Positions 19,949 through 30,177 of a stretch of 64,000 bases of DNA are shown here, one piece after another (the stretch's first letter is position 1; every line of letters begins with the position of its first letter). This DNA comes from Promethearchaeia archaeon (GTDB taxonomy: Archaea > Asgardarchaeota > Lokiarchaeia > Sigyniarchaeales > SOKP01). The stretch is from the NCBI GenBank assembly GCA_046483985.1, contig JAWOCD010000011.1, positions 1 through 64,000 on the forward strand. Direction: 5' to 3'. A model generated the notes under the pieces. It did no database searches. It had not been told where the DNA came from and saw only the letters and a program-made list of their open reading frames with translations. A program made the position numbers and the translations under genes.

Positions 19949-20111
19949 CTCATTCTCGACATATTGCGCTATGTTTAGATTGCATAGTATCCCAGTTTTT
20001 CACTTTTTTTCAAAAAAGGACTAATTACTCACTTATAGGATAAACTTGATATGGAATGCAGTCTAAATTAAATATGAATGGATATCAATTACTAAGTGAA
20101 GGAGAAAATCG

Positions 20112-20774
20112 ATGAAAGAGATTGTGAAAGATGTGTATCATGTCGGTGATTGGGGATGTTCTGTTTTTCTTGTTGACACAAAAAGTGAGGGTGGATATGT
20201 CCTAATTGATTGCGGGTTAAATATTCAATTGCTCGATAAGATTGAGCAATATGGATTAGACCCCCATAATATTAAGCACTGTATTATTACTCATGCGCAT
20301 ATTGATCATATCGGCGCTTGTACTGAGCTACGCGATTTCAACCCCCGAATAAAATTTTACGCTCACAAAAAGGATGCAGCGGCTATTGAAGAAAAAGGTC
20401 ACGACAGGAAAACCGCCGCCTCGTGGTACGGCATAGATTATCAGCCTATTCCCTTATTTAAAAAATTCGAGAAAGACAAAGAAACTCTTCAAATTGGCGG
20501 GTACACATTTCAATGCATCCATACCCCTGGACATACCCCAGGGTCTATCTCTGTCTTTGTTAAAATCGACGAAAAAAAGGTACTTTTTGGACAAGATGTC
20601 CATGGCCCCTTCCGAAATAGTTTTGGATCTGATTTGAACGAATATCAAAAATCAATGGAGAGACTTCTCGATCTTGATGCAGATATTTTATGTGAAGGTC
20701 ATTTTGGAGTGTTTCGCCCTGCAAAAAAAGTAGAACAATATATTAAAAAACATATAGCTCAGAATGAACCCTAA
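20112..20774 (+). CDS. Metallo-beta-lactamase fold hydrolase
   Basis: THAHIDHIG, HTPGHTPGS, FGQD, EGH. Confidence 0.92.
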   Translation: MKEIVKDVYHVGDWGCSVFLVDTKSEGGYVLIDCGLNIQLLDKIEQYGLDPHNIKHCIITHAHIDHIGACTELRDFNPRIKFYAHKKDAAAIEEKGHDRKTAASWYGIDYQPIPLFKKFEKDKETLQIGGYTFQCIHTPGHTPGSISVFVKIDEKKVLFGQDVHGPFRNSFGSDLNEYQKSMERLLDLDADILCEGHFGVFRPAKKVEQYIKKHIAQNEP

Positions 20775-21337
20775 AAGTTTGAAATGATTTTTTGAAAAAG
20801 CAAATTAAATGCTTTATCCACGTTCTTGTTTAATTTCGCCGAAGTTTCTATGTAAGGAGCTCCCAATATTGTACATTTTTTTTCAATCGCTGTTTCGGGA
20901 ACTTCCCGATTTTCCCCATCAAATAAATCTATTTTGTTTCCCACAATCACATAAGGGATATCACCGCATTTTTCGTGTATCTTTTCTACCCAGAAGTCCA
21001 AGTGGTTAAAGGTTTCATAGTTATTAAGATTAAACACGACCATTGCTCCGTGCGCATCTTCAAAATAATAATTAGTGACAAATAGGGTATTTTTTTGTCC
21101 GCCTATATCCCAGAAATAAATTTTAAATCCTTTTTGTCTCATTTTCTTTCGAGACTTGAAATCTTTAAACTCGATTTTATCAAGAATTTCGGTTAAATTA
21201 ATTTCGTTAACTATAAAATTAGCGCCCACGGTCTGATTATATTCATCCCTGAAGATTCCTTCGGAATAACGCAAAAGAAGACTCGTTTTGCCCACCATCG
21301 AATCTCCGCACATCACGACCTTCCCTGTATAGCTCAT
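20771..21337 (-). CDS. Rab/Ras-like small GTPase
   Basis: G1 GDSMVGKT, G2 QTVG, G3 WDIGGQ, G4 NKID, G5 ETSAK. Confidence 0.95.
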   Translation of the reverse strand: MSYTGKVVMCGDSMVGKTSLLLRYSEGIFRDEYNQTVGANFIVNEINLTEILDKIEFKDFKSRKKMRQKGFKIYFWDIGGQKNTLFVTNYYFEDAHGAMVVFNLNNYETFNHLDFWVEKIHEKCGDIPYVIVGNKIDLFDGENREVPETAIEKKCTILGAPYIETSAKLNKNVDKAFNLLFQKIISNF

Positions 21338-21664
21338 GGTTATTTTTGATTCATATCTGTTTATTGACTGATTTTTGGTCTATATCTTTTTATATTCATA
21401 ACTAATATATAAATCTTTCACTCATTACTCACTCTTAGGTGAAAAGACAAACATCAAATATTAAAAATAAGGAATCACAGACAAATTTAAGGAGTATAAA
21501 ATAAAAAAACAAAAAAGCAATAAGATGCACAGATGATACATAGTCACATGGTACATTTATTGCATGCGTTAATTATTTCGAATGGTGCGATAATCATTAG
21601 AAATGGGTTAGTTCTCTATTTCTAAGTACTTATTGCATTAAAAGATAGAACGTTCTTTGGTATT

Positions 21665-21913
21665 TTAATATCTTTGGCTTCTTCGTGGGGCTTCTTCGGT
21701 AACTTCCACATTCTCTGCTTGAGGACCTTTCTCTCCTTCAACTATCTCAAATTCAACTTTATCTCCTTCATACATTGTCTTGAAGGAATCTTCTGGCCCT
21801 TCAATTGCCGAATAATGGACGAATACATCTTCCTCTTCGCCCTCTTCAGTAGTGTAAGTTATGAACCCATAGCCCTTACGCGAGTTAAACCATTTAACGG
21901 TACCCTCGGTCAA
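21665..21913 (-). CDS. csp: Cold-shock domain protein
   Basis: [31 protein letters not shown]; TTG start. Confidence 0.95.
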   Translation of the reverse strand: MTEGTVKWFNSRKGYGFITYTTEEGEEEDVFVHYSAIEGPEDSFKTMYEGDKVEFEIVEGEKGPQAENVEVTEEAPRRSQRY

Positions 21914-22162
21914 TTAAATCACTCAATTGTTACTTATTGTTTGTTAATTTAATTATATTTAATTTAGATATAACTATATTTAAGTAATAAACCATAATAT
22001 AAAAAAATTATTAGGAATTAAGAGAACTATGCATACGACACCAGAACGTGTAATATTCACAAAATTATCTCAAAATTTTAGAGAAAATCTTTTTTTTGGT
22101 ATCGCTAAGAAATAAAAAAATTGAAATTAATAATAATTATTAATGAAATAGGTCGAAAATTT

Positions 22163-22657
22163 TTAGTCAGGATGCTCGATATGTTTGTCCCATATCGCCA
22201 GGTTTTTCTTACCGCCCATGCTAAAGGAATCATAGAGATCGGTAAAAAGATTCTCTTCTTCCATTTGCTCGTCGATAAACCAATTTAATAGGTCATATGC
22301 ATAGTACTCCTCTTTCTGTTTAGCCAAATCCATAAGATTTTCAATTGTACTGGAAATGTGCTCTTCGTGACTGATGGCTTCTTTTAATACTTGTTCCACA
22401 TTTTCATAATCGGTAGAGACCTTTTCAATTGTTCCATACTCTACTTTTCCACCAGCTTCTACGATATAGTCAACAAATTTCATTGCATGTTCATATTCTT
22501 CTTTTTCCGCATGGATTCGTAAAAATCTCGCTAATCCTTTAAGCCCTTGGGATTCTGCCCACGCCGCCATTCCTAAATAAATATATCCTGACCTAAGTTC
22601 TTCTACAATTTGATTATTCATTAAGTCATTCATTTCCTTGGAAATAAAATTAACCAT
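22163..22657 (-). CDS. ftn: Ferritin
   Basis: E..SGYIYLGMA, EEYEHAMK, HEEHI, WFIDEQMEEE ferroxidase pattern. Confidence 0.92.
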   Translation of the reverse strand: MVNFISKEMNDLMNNQIVEELRSGYIYLGMAAWAESQGLKGLARFLRIHAEKEEYEHAMKFVDYIVEAGGKVEYGTIEKVSTDYENVEQVLKEAISHEEHISSTIENLMDLAKQKEEYYAYDLLNWFIDEQMEEENLFTDLYDSFSMGGKKNLAIWDKHIEHPD

Positions 22658-22823
22658 TTTTATCCACCTACTATCTTTTTGATTTATCGAATTAAAAAGA
22701 CTTTATATTATAATTTATAAAAATCAATGGGAGATATGGTAGATAAAAAATTTGGAGATCAGACTATTATATCTATGGGAATCTTATCGGTATGAATATA
22801 TTAATTTGTTCTTTCGCAGATCG

Positions 22824-23642
22824 TTAATAACTAAAAAACTTTTTAATCTCCCTATTGCGGTGTTTTATATCACTTTCCCTGACAAATTCGTGGTCCATAT
22901 CTTCAATTAAATAGGTAGAGGGTTGCTTATTGGATTGCTGAAAAATCTCATCAATCTCTTCAGGCGGAGTGAGCTTGTCCTCCTTACCAGCAATTATCTT
23001 TAGTTCATTCAATTTAAGCTTACTCACGATGATGCGAATTTGATATTTCTCGTTTTCAAGCTCTTCCCTCGTCATTTCAATAAATTGCTCCTCATCATCT
23101 ATCCCCTTTACATTACCAGGCACAAATTTATTTAAATACCGTAGTCCTGCTTCAAAATCTTTATGGTTTATATGTCTTTTTAAATCCAAGATAGGAGAAA
23201 TTAGGAGGACCTTGTTAAAAAATTCAATTTGAGAGCATACAATCAATCCAATAAAGGCTCCGAAATCGTGCGCGATGAGATGAATCTCGGATAGGTCAAA
23301 TATTCCTTTTTCCGCCATTTTTTCGATAAATTCTCTGATTTTCATAGCATCCTTCACTTGGGAAGTAATGGAAACAGATCCTTCACTGATTCTATAGCCA
23401 CGAAAGTCAAACACTAAAAATGCATATCCCATATCCAGTAAGGGCTGATGTTTCTTTACAATTTCTTGTAATGGATCTAGTTGAGGAAATCCATGAAAAA
23501 ATGTTACCAAAGGATAGGGTTTGTTGACGTATTGTGGTGGGAAATATAATACTCCCCTTAGAAGCTCTCCGTCAATCTTAATCTGGATCTCGGAAACTTC
23601 ATAAGGTCCATCAAATTGTCTCTCTCTATCTTCAAATTCCAT
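22824..23642 (-). CDS. Alpha/beta hydrolase with an Asp at the nucleophile elbow
   Basis: FFHGFP, FDFRG...SEG, IAHDFGA, GKEDKL, MDH. Confidence 0.8.
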   Translation of the reverse strand: MEFEDRERQFDGPYEVSEIQIKIDGELLRGVLYFPPQYVNKPYPLVTFFHGFPQLDPLQEIVKKHQPLLDMGYAFLVFDFRGYRISEGSVSITSQVKDAMKIREFIEKMAEKGIFDLSEIHLIAHDFGAFIGLIVCSQIEFFNKVLLISPILDLKRHINHKDFEAGLRYLNKFVPGNVKGIDDEEQFIEMTREELENEKYQIRIIVSKLKLNELKIIAGKEDKLTPPEEIDEIFQQSNKQPSTYLIEDMDHEFVRESDIKHRNREIKKFFSY

Positions 23643-23728
23643 ATCACAGCACCTTTATTAAATAATCAAAAGTTTTTTCTTAGTTTAATTATTTGGTTTA
23701 TTAAAATTAAAGTCTTGTTATATTTTAT

Positions 23729-24577
23729 ATGAAAGTTTTAGAAGATTGGCACACCCATCATAAACGTTGCCGGCACGCAGAAGGGATGATCGAAGATTAT
23801 ATCAAATCTGCTCTTGATTCTGGAGTCACCTCTATCGGAGTGAGCGACCACTTTCCGTACGAGTTTTTGAATGATCTCGACCGTATCCCTCATGAGGAAT
23901 ATGGAATGAGTTTAACGGAGATAACTAGTTATTTAGATGATATTAATACCCTGCAAAAAAAATATGGCGAGAAAATTACCATTCGTGCCGGATTTGAAAT
24001 TGATTTCCTCCTCAATCAAGAACATTTATTAAATAAGCAACTCGACAAATTTAAAGAAAAATTAGATTATATTCTTGGATCCGTCCACATTTTAGAAGGA
24101 GACCGGGGTAAATGGAGTTTCGATGATTCTCGATTTCTCCAAGAATATAAAGATATCGGAGTCGACCAAGTCTATTTAGCCTACTATGAAACCCTCCAAA
24201 AAATGATTTTGTCTGATTCCTTTGATTTTGATATAGTTAGCCATTTTGATTTACCCAAAAAGTTTAACCTCTTTCCCAAGCAAAAAGAGACTGTCCAGAA
24301 TGAAGCTTTCGAAACCTTGGAACTTATTAAAGAGAATGAAAAAGTAATGGAGATCAATACAGGGGGATTGCGAAAAGAAGTCAAGCAACAATATCCCAGC
24401 AAAAGAATTATTGAGGAAATGTTTAGTTTGGGCATTCCCGTTCTATTAGGATCCGATGCCCATCATCCCTCCGAGGTTGCCTTCGAATTTGGTCAAATGA
24501 AATCTATGTTAAAAGAGATTGGTTATAATCGATTGGCTCATTTCGAAAACCGGACGATGCATTTCGTCGATTTATGA
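23729..24577 (+). CDS. Histidinol-phosphatase HisJ/HisK family (PHP domain)
   Basis: DWHTH..RCRHA, SDH, GSVH, HFDLPK, EINT, GSDAH. Confidence 0.9.
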   Translation: MKVLEDWHTHHKRCRHAEGMIEDYIKSALDSGVTSIGVSDHFPYEFLNDLDRIPHEEYGMSLTEITSYLDDINTLQKKYGEKITIRAGFEIDFLLNQEHLLNKQLDKFKEKLDYILGSVHILEGDRGKWSFDDSRFLQEYKDIGVDQVYLAYYETLQKMILSDSFDFDIVSHFDLPKKFNLFPKQKETVQNEAFETLELIKENEKVMEINTGGLRKEVKQQYPSKRIIEEMFSLGIPVLLGSDAHHPSEVAFEFGQMKSMLKEIGYNRLAHFENRTMHFVDL

Positions 24578-24644
24578 AAGACTAAAAGTTTAAACTTTTC
24601 TCCATTTCAAAGTTTATGGGCGTTTTCCTTAACTTCTTAATTCT

Positions 24645-26378
24645 TTACTCCAGAACATCATCTAAAACTCGGCCGTCAACCATTTTCCCATCAAATTCGA
24701 CCCCCAAGGCTGCTAATAGGGTGGGAAGAACGTCAATATTTCTTCCGTAGGGAATTTCGTAATTCTTTTTAATTCCCGGACCTGAAATCGTTAGCGGAAC
24801 AATGCTCTCAACTGCATAAACCCCTCCATGGGATTGAACGTTTTGAATTGCCTTTTCCTTTTTATTCACAATTTGGTTCACATTGACAAACCGATAATCA
24901 TAGTCGGAGGTAACTACAAAATTGGGCGCATGAATGCAATCAAAGAAACCAAAAAGTCTGTGGATTATATCTGGTAAAGGGTGATCAATGGTTGCCTGAA
25001 GCCATTCTTGTTTTGAATAATATTTCTTATATTCTAAATCAATATCAGCGTATTTTAAGGGATCCCTTCCCTCTGTACATTTATAAGCATATTCAATTGC
25101 CCCCGCGTGATATCTTCGCATGATTTTTCCAGTTCCTTCCCCGTCAAATAGATCAATAGAATAAGGACGGGGGATTGGTTCTTCCATACGCTCTTTAGAA
25201 TTACTTATCGGTATCGGAAGGCTCACATCTTCCCGGGGGATAATAACGAATTGGGTATACTCCTTATCGGTATAATACTCAATTAAATTAAGAGGGTTTC
25301 CCTTTTTCGTTTTCCTGTTGTAATTTCGAAAATAAGGCGCCCCGTAAAATCTACGAAAATCCTCCGAACAGCTCCCTTTTGGTCCACCAAACCAACAATG
25401 CCATTGTTCAGAAGCACAAACTGTAAATACATCTATCCTTGATAAATCGCCGTCCAAATTATCCAGTTCATCTAATTTCTCCTCATTTTCGTTTTCGATC
25501 ACGTTAAGTTTTAATCGTTTGTCGGTAATGGTATCAATAAATACATATTTACTCGGATCGATTTTTCGGCCGGCATGATCCGTGCAGATATTCCAAATAA
25601 TATGGTCATAGAGTCCTAACTCCTTTAACCCAGGGATATGGTTTCCCTTCTTATCTTCTAAACCCTCTACAAGGCATTTTATGAAATAATCCAAGAGCTC
25701 GATTGATGCTTCATATTCTTTCGAATCAAAACCATAATGATGGGCATTTCCGTCTGATAAGAGAAAGACAATAAAGGTGGCTTGAGGAAAATCTTCTGGC
25801 TTTTTTATTTTCTTTAGGAATCTAATGATGTTTTTATGGAAAAATCTTTTCCAGAATTCAGGGGATTCAATAGGACTCTGTTCGGTGTGACTTTTCCGTT
25901 TTATTTTCCATAGCAAGGGCAAAAACCGAAACAAAATTGTGGTTAAGTTGAGAAGTTTTATGTCTGCACCGCGATGTATGGCATGAAATGAAGCAGACTT
26001 GTCGGTATGTTCAAATATTGTTTTGCATACGGGATAAATTCGGTCTTTATTCATTGCCCTTAAGGCAGAAATGGATATATCCTCAACGTTTATATATTCG
26101 GGGGAGTTCTTCTGGAAATCCCAGAATTGCGAATGCAAGAGATCATTCTTTCCCGCCCAACATCCCGTCATTAAACTGGTATGGGCATTAGCGGAAGTTG
26201 ACGGATAACCTGTCACCAAATTCCTTGAGATTGAAGCTTTTTCATAGGTCCCCTTATCTGATTTTTCCCCTAAGATATATTTCGTCAAATGCGGGGTTAA
26301 ACCTCTATCCACGATATTAAAAAACACGTCTGGGTTTGCATGGTCCACTAAGAACTGGATCAAATATTTTCTTGCCAT
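24645..26378 (-). CDS. Alkaline phosphatase superfamily (nucleotide pyrophosphatase/phosphodiesterase-like) protein
   Basis: YPSTSANAHTSLMTG, DGNAHHYG, CTDH, SHGG, IDVLPT. Confidence 0.8.
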   Translation of the reverse strand: MARKYLIQFLVDHANPDVFFNIVDRGLTPHLTKYILGEKSDKGTYEKASISRNLVTGYPSTSANAHTSLMTGCWAGKNDLLHSQFWDFQKNSPEYINVEDISISALRAMNKDRIYPVCKTIFEHTDKSASFHAIHRGADIKLLNLTTILFRFLPLLWKIKRKSHTEQSPIESPEFWKRFFHKNIIRFLKKIKKPEDFPQATFIVFLLSDGNAHHYGFDSKEYEASIELLDYFIKCLVEGLEDKKGNHIPGLKELGLYDHIIWNICTDHAGRKIDPSKYVFIDTITDKRLKLNVIENENEEKLDELDNLDGDLSRIDVFTVCASEQWHCWFGGPKGSCSEDFRRFYGAPYFRNYNRKTKKGNPLNLIEYYTDKEYTQFVIIPREDVSLPIPISNSKERMEEPIPRPYSIDLFDGEGTGKIMRRYHAGAIEYAYKCTEGRDPLKYADIDLEYKKYYSKQEWLQATIDHPLPDIIHRLFGFFDCIHAPNFVVTSDYDYRFVNVNQIVNKKEKAIQNVQSHGGVYAVESIVPLTISGPGIKKNYEIPYGRNIDVLPTLLAALGVEFDGKMVDGRVLDDVLE

Positions 26379-26464
26379 ATAAAATCAAATAATTCCAAAA
26401 TTAAAAGTTTATTTTTAATTTTTAATTTTTAATCCAAAAAGAGTATAAGAACAGAAGGTAAATA

Positions 26465-27979
26465 TTGATGAATAAAAAGATACCAGTAGTTATTGGTGCT
26501 GCTCAATTTACGCAGTCAAAAGATTTGAAAAAACGCTTGGATCCCTTAGGTTTGATGGAAAAAACCGCAAATATGGCCATAGAAGATACGGAATCCTCTA
26601 AAATTAGAGAAATGATAGATTCGATATTCATGTCTAATATAGTCAGTTGGACTTACAGTGATGCGCCCGGAAAACTCGGAAAACGGTTAAATTTAGACCT
26701 CAAGGAAAAGCACTATATGCCAATTGGTGGAAATACCCCACAATATATGTTAAATAAGGCGGCCGAATCGATTGAGAACGGTGAAATACAAGGGGCTCTT
26801 TTAGTCGGAGGGGAAGCTAATTACTCTACATACAAGGCAAAAAAAGGAAAATATGAATTAGATTGGCCAAAGCGTGAGAAGCCCTCCTATGTTGATGAAA
26901 CGCAACCGTTAGGATTTAATCATTTGATAAAAAGATACAATCTCCTCACATTTCCGACCGGATACGCCCTCTTCGAGACCGCATTACGAGCTGCTCAAGG
27001 GCTTTCCATTCAAGGGTATAAAAATCAAATCGGAGAGCTATTCGCTGAGTTTTCTTCCGTAGCGGCTAAAAATCCCCATGCATGGAGCCAAAAAAATTAT
27101 ACAAAGGAAGATATCATCACGCCGGGACCAAAAAATCGGTTAATCTCACATCCCTATACCAAGCGAATGGTCTCTAATCTTTATGTCGATATGTCGGCCG
27201 CTGTTTTAATTACGTCCGCAGATATCGCTTCACAATTACATATTCCTTCCGATAAGTGGGTCTATCCCATGGGAGGAGCAAATTTAATGAATGTGAAATA
27301 TATGTTACAAAAGCCAAAACTCTATACTTCTCCCGCTATAAAGTATGCAAGTCAACTGGCGTTAAAACAAGCGGGTCTTTCTCTGAATGATATTCATGCG
27401 TTTGATTTATATAGCTGTTTTCCGTGTATGGTACAGATTGCCCGAAGGGAGATAGGTATTCCAAAAGAAGATCCCCGACCTCTAACCCTAACTGGCGGAC
27501 TTCCCTATTTTGGCGGACCATTTAATAATTATTCCATGCATGGGATTGTCGAAGCCATTAATTATGTTCGGGATAATCCAGAGAAAAAAGCGTTGGTTCA
27601 CGCTAATGGGGGGTATAATACCAAACAATCCATCGGAATCTATGGAAGCAAACCAGGAAAAAAGGCTTGGAATGACAAAACTGAAGGTGAAGAGAAACAG
27701 ACCCTGATCGACAAAACCGCATTGCCAAAACCCATTAAAAAAGCAAACGGCATCTATGAGATTAAAGGGTATACGATCATCTATAATCGAGATGGAACTC
27801 CAAAAAAAGGGTTAATAGTTGCAGAAAAAACCACGTCAAATCAAAGAACCTATGCGTTTGTAAAACCAAAAGCATTAACGCTTAATAAATTCGTAACCGA
27901 AGAACATGTGGGAAAACATTGCAAGCTGAAATTCGATGAAAATAAATCTGCAAATTATTGTATAGAATTGGATTACTAA
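26465..27979 (+). CDS. Thiolase-like protein (SCP2/TLP type) with C-terminal extension
   Basis: PVVIGAAQ, GGNTPQ, PYTKRM, DLYSCFP, LTLTGGLPYFGGP. Confidence 0.82.
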   Translation: MMNKKIPVVIGAAQFTQSKDLKKRLDPLGLMEKTANMAIEDTESSKIREMIDSIFMSNIVSWTYSDAPGKLGKRLNLDLKEKHYMPIGGNTPQYMLNKAAESIENGEIQGALLVGGEANYSTYKAKKGKYELDWPKREKPSYVDETQPLGFNHLIKRYNLLTFPTGYALFETALRAAQGLSIQGYKNQIGELFAEFSSVAAKNPHAWSQKNYTKEDIITPGPKNRLISHPYTKRMVSNLYVDMSAAVLITSADIASQLHIPSDKWVYPMGGANLMNVKYMLQKPKLYTSPAIKYASQLALKQAGLSLNDIHAFDLYSCFPCMVQIARREIGIPKEDPRPLTLTGGLPYFGGPFNNYSMHGIVEAINYVRDNPEKKALVHANGGYNTKQSIGIYGSKPGKKAWNDKTEGEEKQTLIDKTALPKPIKKANGIYEIKGYTIIYNRDGTPKKGLIVAEKTTSNQRTYAFVKPKALTLNKFVTEEHVGKHCKLKFDENKSANYCIELDY

Positions 27980-28013
27980 AATGGAGAAAAAAAAGGATTG
28001 GTTAATTTTTTAA

Positions 28014-30005
28014 TTATAATTCTTCCCTTATTTCTTCATAGAAATCTAAAGAATCTGGATTACTTAAAGCTCCACGATTACCAACGGACATACCTCGTAA
28101 GATCTTCGTGACAGCTATTTCTACTTTCTTTCCACTGAAGGTATAAGGAATACAATTTTCAGGGACTTTCATGATTTGAGAAGGTACATGTCTGGGGGAT
28201 GCATCATTTCTTAGGGTAGTTTTTATTTTGTCCTTTAGATCATCGGTCAACTCTACGCCTTCAGCAAGATTAACGAACAAGATAACTTCTACATCCCCTC
28301 TTTCTCCTTTATGACCGATCGCTAAACTGTCTTCTACTTCTGGGAGCTGTTCAACCACATTGTAGATTTCTGCTGTGCCAATTCTAACGCCAGATGGTTT
28401 CAGAGTAGCATCGGATCTTCCCAAAAAGGTTATTCCGCCCGTGTCACTATGGATGATTATCCAGTCTCCGTGCCGCCAGACATTTTTATCTTCGTAAAAG
28501 TTAAAGTAGGCATCCTTGTATTTGGTCATATTCTCATCATCTCCCCAGAAATATATGGGCATCGAGGGAGATGGAGCTTCACAGACAAGTTCTCCTTGCT
28601 GATCCAGGACAGGCTTTCCTTCTGGATCGTATGCCTTAATTTTCATTGCTAATGCTGGAGCTTGTAATTCTCCCGAATATACCGGTTCGATTGGGAATGC
28701 TCCCGCAAAACATCCGTTAATATCGGTACCTCCCGAAATTGAATTTAGAAAAAGATCCTCCTTAATTTCATTATAGCAATATTCAAATCCTTCCGGACTC
28801 AAAGCACTCGCGGTTTGGGAGATCTCTCGTAAGCTCGATAAGTCATATTTCTCCTTCGGCTTTAGTCCTTTTCCCATTAATGTGTGAATATATGTCGCAG
28901 ACGTTCCAAAAATGGAAATATTATATTTTTCTATGAGTTCAAACATCCGTAAAGGTTCCGGATACAAGGGATTGCCATCATAGAGAAAAATAGTTGCGCC
29001 AACACCTAAGGAACTAATTAACCAATTCCACATCATCCATGATGGCGCCGTGATATAATTGATAATATCATTTCTTGTCAGATCAGTAGATAGGATCAGT
29101 TCTTTAAGATGATTAATTAATACGCCTCCAGCACTTTGAACCATACATTTGGGTTTCCCCGTCGTTCCAGATGAAAACATAACATAAACGGGGTGTCCAA
29201 ACGGGAGTTGCTCAAATTGGAGTTTCGGATTCTCTTCTTTTGAGAGAAACTCATCCCAGTGAACTGCATTCGAAAGGCCGCTGATATCTGGTTTATCATC
29301 TGAAATATAAGAGACGACTACGATTTTTTCAATTGAGGGGATAGCATCAACTACTTCTTTTACATTAGAAAGAATGTTAAACTTCTTATCTTTATAAAAA
29401 TAACCATCCACTGTAAAGAGAACTTTCGGTTCAATTTGACCAAATCGGTCGATTACGGCACTTGCTTGTAACTCCGCGCCACAAGATGCCCAAGTAGCCC
29501 CAATTGCCGTTGTGGCGAGCATAGCAACAGGGGCTTCAATCAAGTTGGGGATATAAGATACTACTCTATCTTTAGGTTTAATTCCTTCCTCTTTCAAAGA
29601 TTTTGCGACTCTGGCAACAAGTGAATTCAGTTCTTTATAGGTAATTTTCTGTGTTTTTTTTGTTTCTCCTTGGAAGATAAAGGCTAATTGGTCATCATCA
29701 AATTTCAGTAAATTTTCTGCAAAATTTAACCGAGCTCCCTTAAACCATTTACACCCCGGAAACTTATTGAGATCATCAACTATTTCAGTATACGGTTCAG
29801 ACGCTTTGATATCTCCAAAATCCCACATCGCCTCCCAAAAGTTCGGTATTTCTTGGATCGACCATTCATACAAATCGTCATAAGTTTCAATATTTTGGTT
29901 ATATTCTTCATTTACATAATTAATAAACCTAGTAACTTCAGCCTTCTCAATCCAATCCTTGGCAGGTGTCCATAATTTTTTTCTTTTTACCATTTTTTTC
30001 GCCAT
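28014..30005 (-). CDS. Acetoacetate-CoA ligase
   Basis: WFKGARLNFAENLL, FSSGTTGKPKC, SISGGTDI, WRHGD, GRSDATLKPSGVRIGTAEIY, SGKKVE. Confidence 0.92.
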   Translation of the reverse strand: MAKKMVKRKKLWTPAKDWIEKAEVTRFINYVNEEYNQNIETYDDLYEWSIQEIPNFWEAMWDFGDIKASEPYTEIVDDLNKFPGCKWFKGARLNFAENLLKFDDDQLAFIFQGETKKTQKITYKELNSLVARVAKSLKEEGIKPKDRVVSYIPNLIEAPVAMLATTAIGATWASCGAELQASAVIDRFGQIEPKVLFTVDGYFYKDKKFNILSNVKEVVDAIPSIEKIVVVSYISDDKPDISGLSNAVHWDEFLSKEENPKLQFEQLPFGHPVYVMFSSGTTGKPKCMVQSAGGVLINHLKELILSTDLTRNDIINYITAPSWMMWNWLISSLGVGATIFLYDGNPLYPEPLRMFELIEKYNISIFGTSATYIHTLMGKGLKPKEKYDLSSLREISQTASALSPEGFEYCYNEIKEDLFLNSISGGTDINGCFAGAFPIEPVYSGELQAPALAMKIKAYDPEGKPVLDQQGELVCEAPSPSMPIYFWGDDENMTKYKDAYFNFYEDKNVWRHGDWIIIHSDTGGITFLGRSDATLKPSGVRIGTAEIYNVVEQLPEVEDSLAIGHKGERGDVEVILFVNLAEGVELTDDLKDKIKTTLRNDASPRHVPSQIMKVPENCIPYTFSGKKVEIAVTKILRGMSVGNRGALSNPDSLDFYEEIREEL

Positions 30006-30177
30006 TAATTAGTCAAACTTTTAAGTAAATAATAATAGATGTTTTCTATAATTTAAATCTTCACAAATTTTCAATTTTTAACATATAGATGAAATTAATG
30101 AAACATTTGAAAAAAAAAGTGAATAACTCTTTAAAAAAAATAAAAAGAAGTTATATGGATTTTTAAGAATTGGGAAT

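Noticed and set aside
24584-24599. Palindrome aaaagtttaaactttt between convergent genes
   Set aside because: Almost entirely A/T and expected by chance at this composition; at most a terminator feature.
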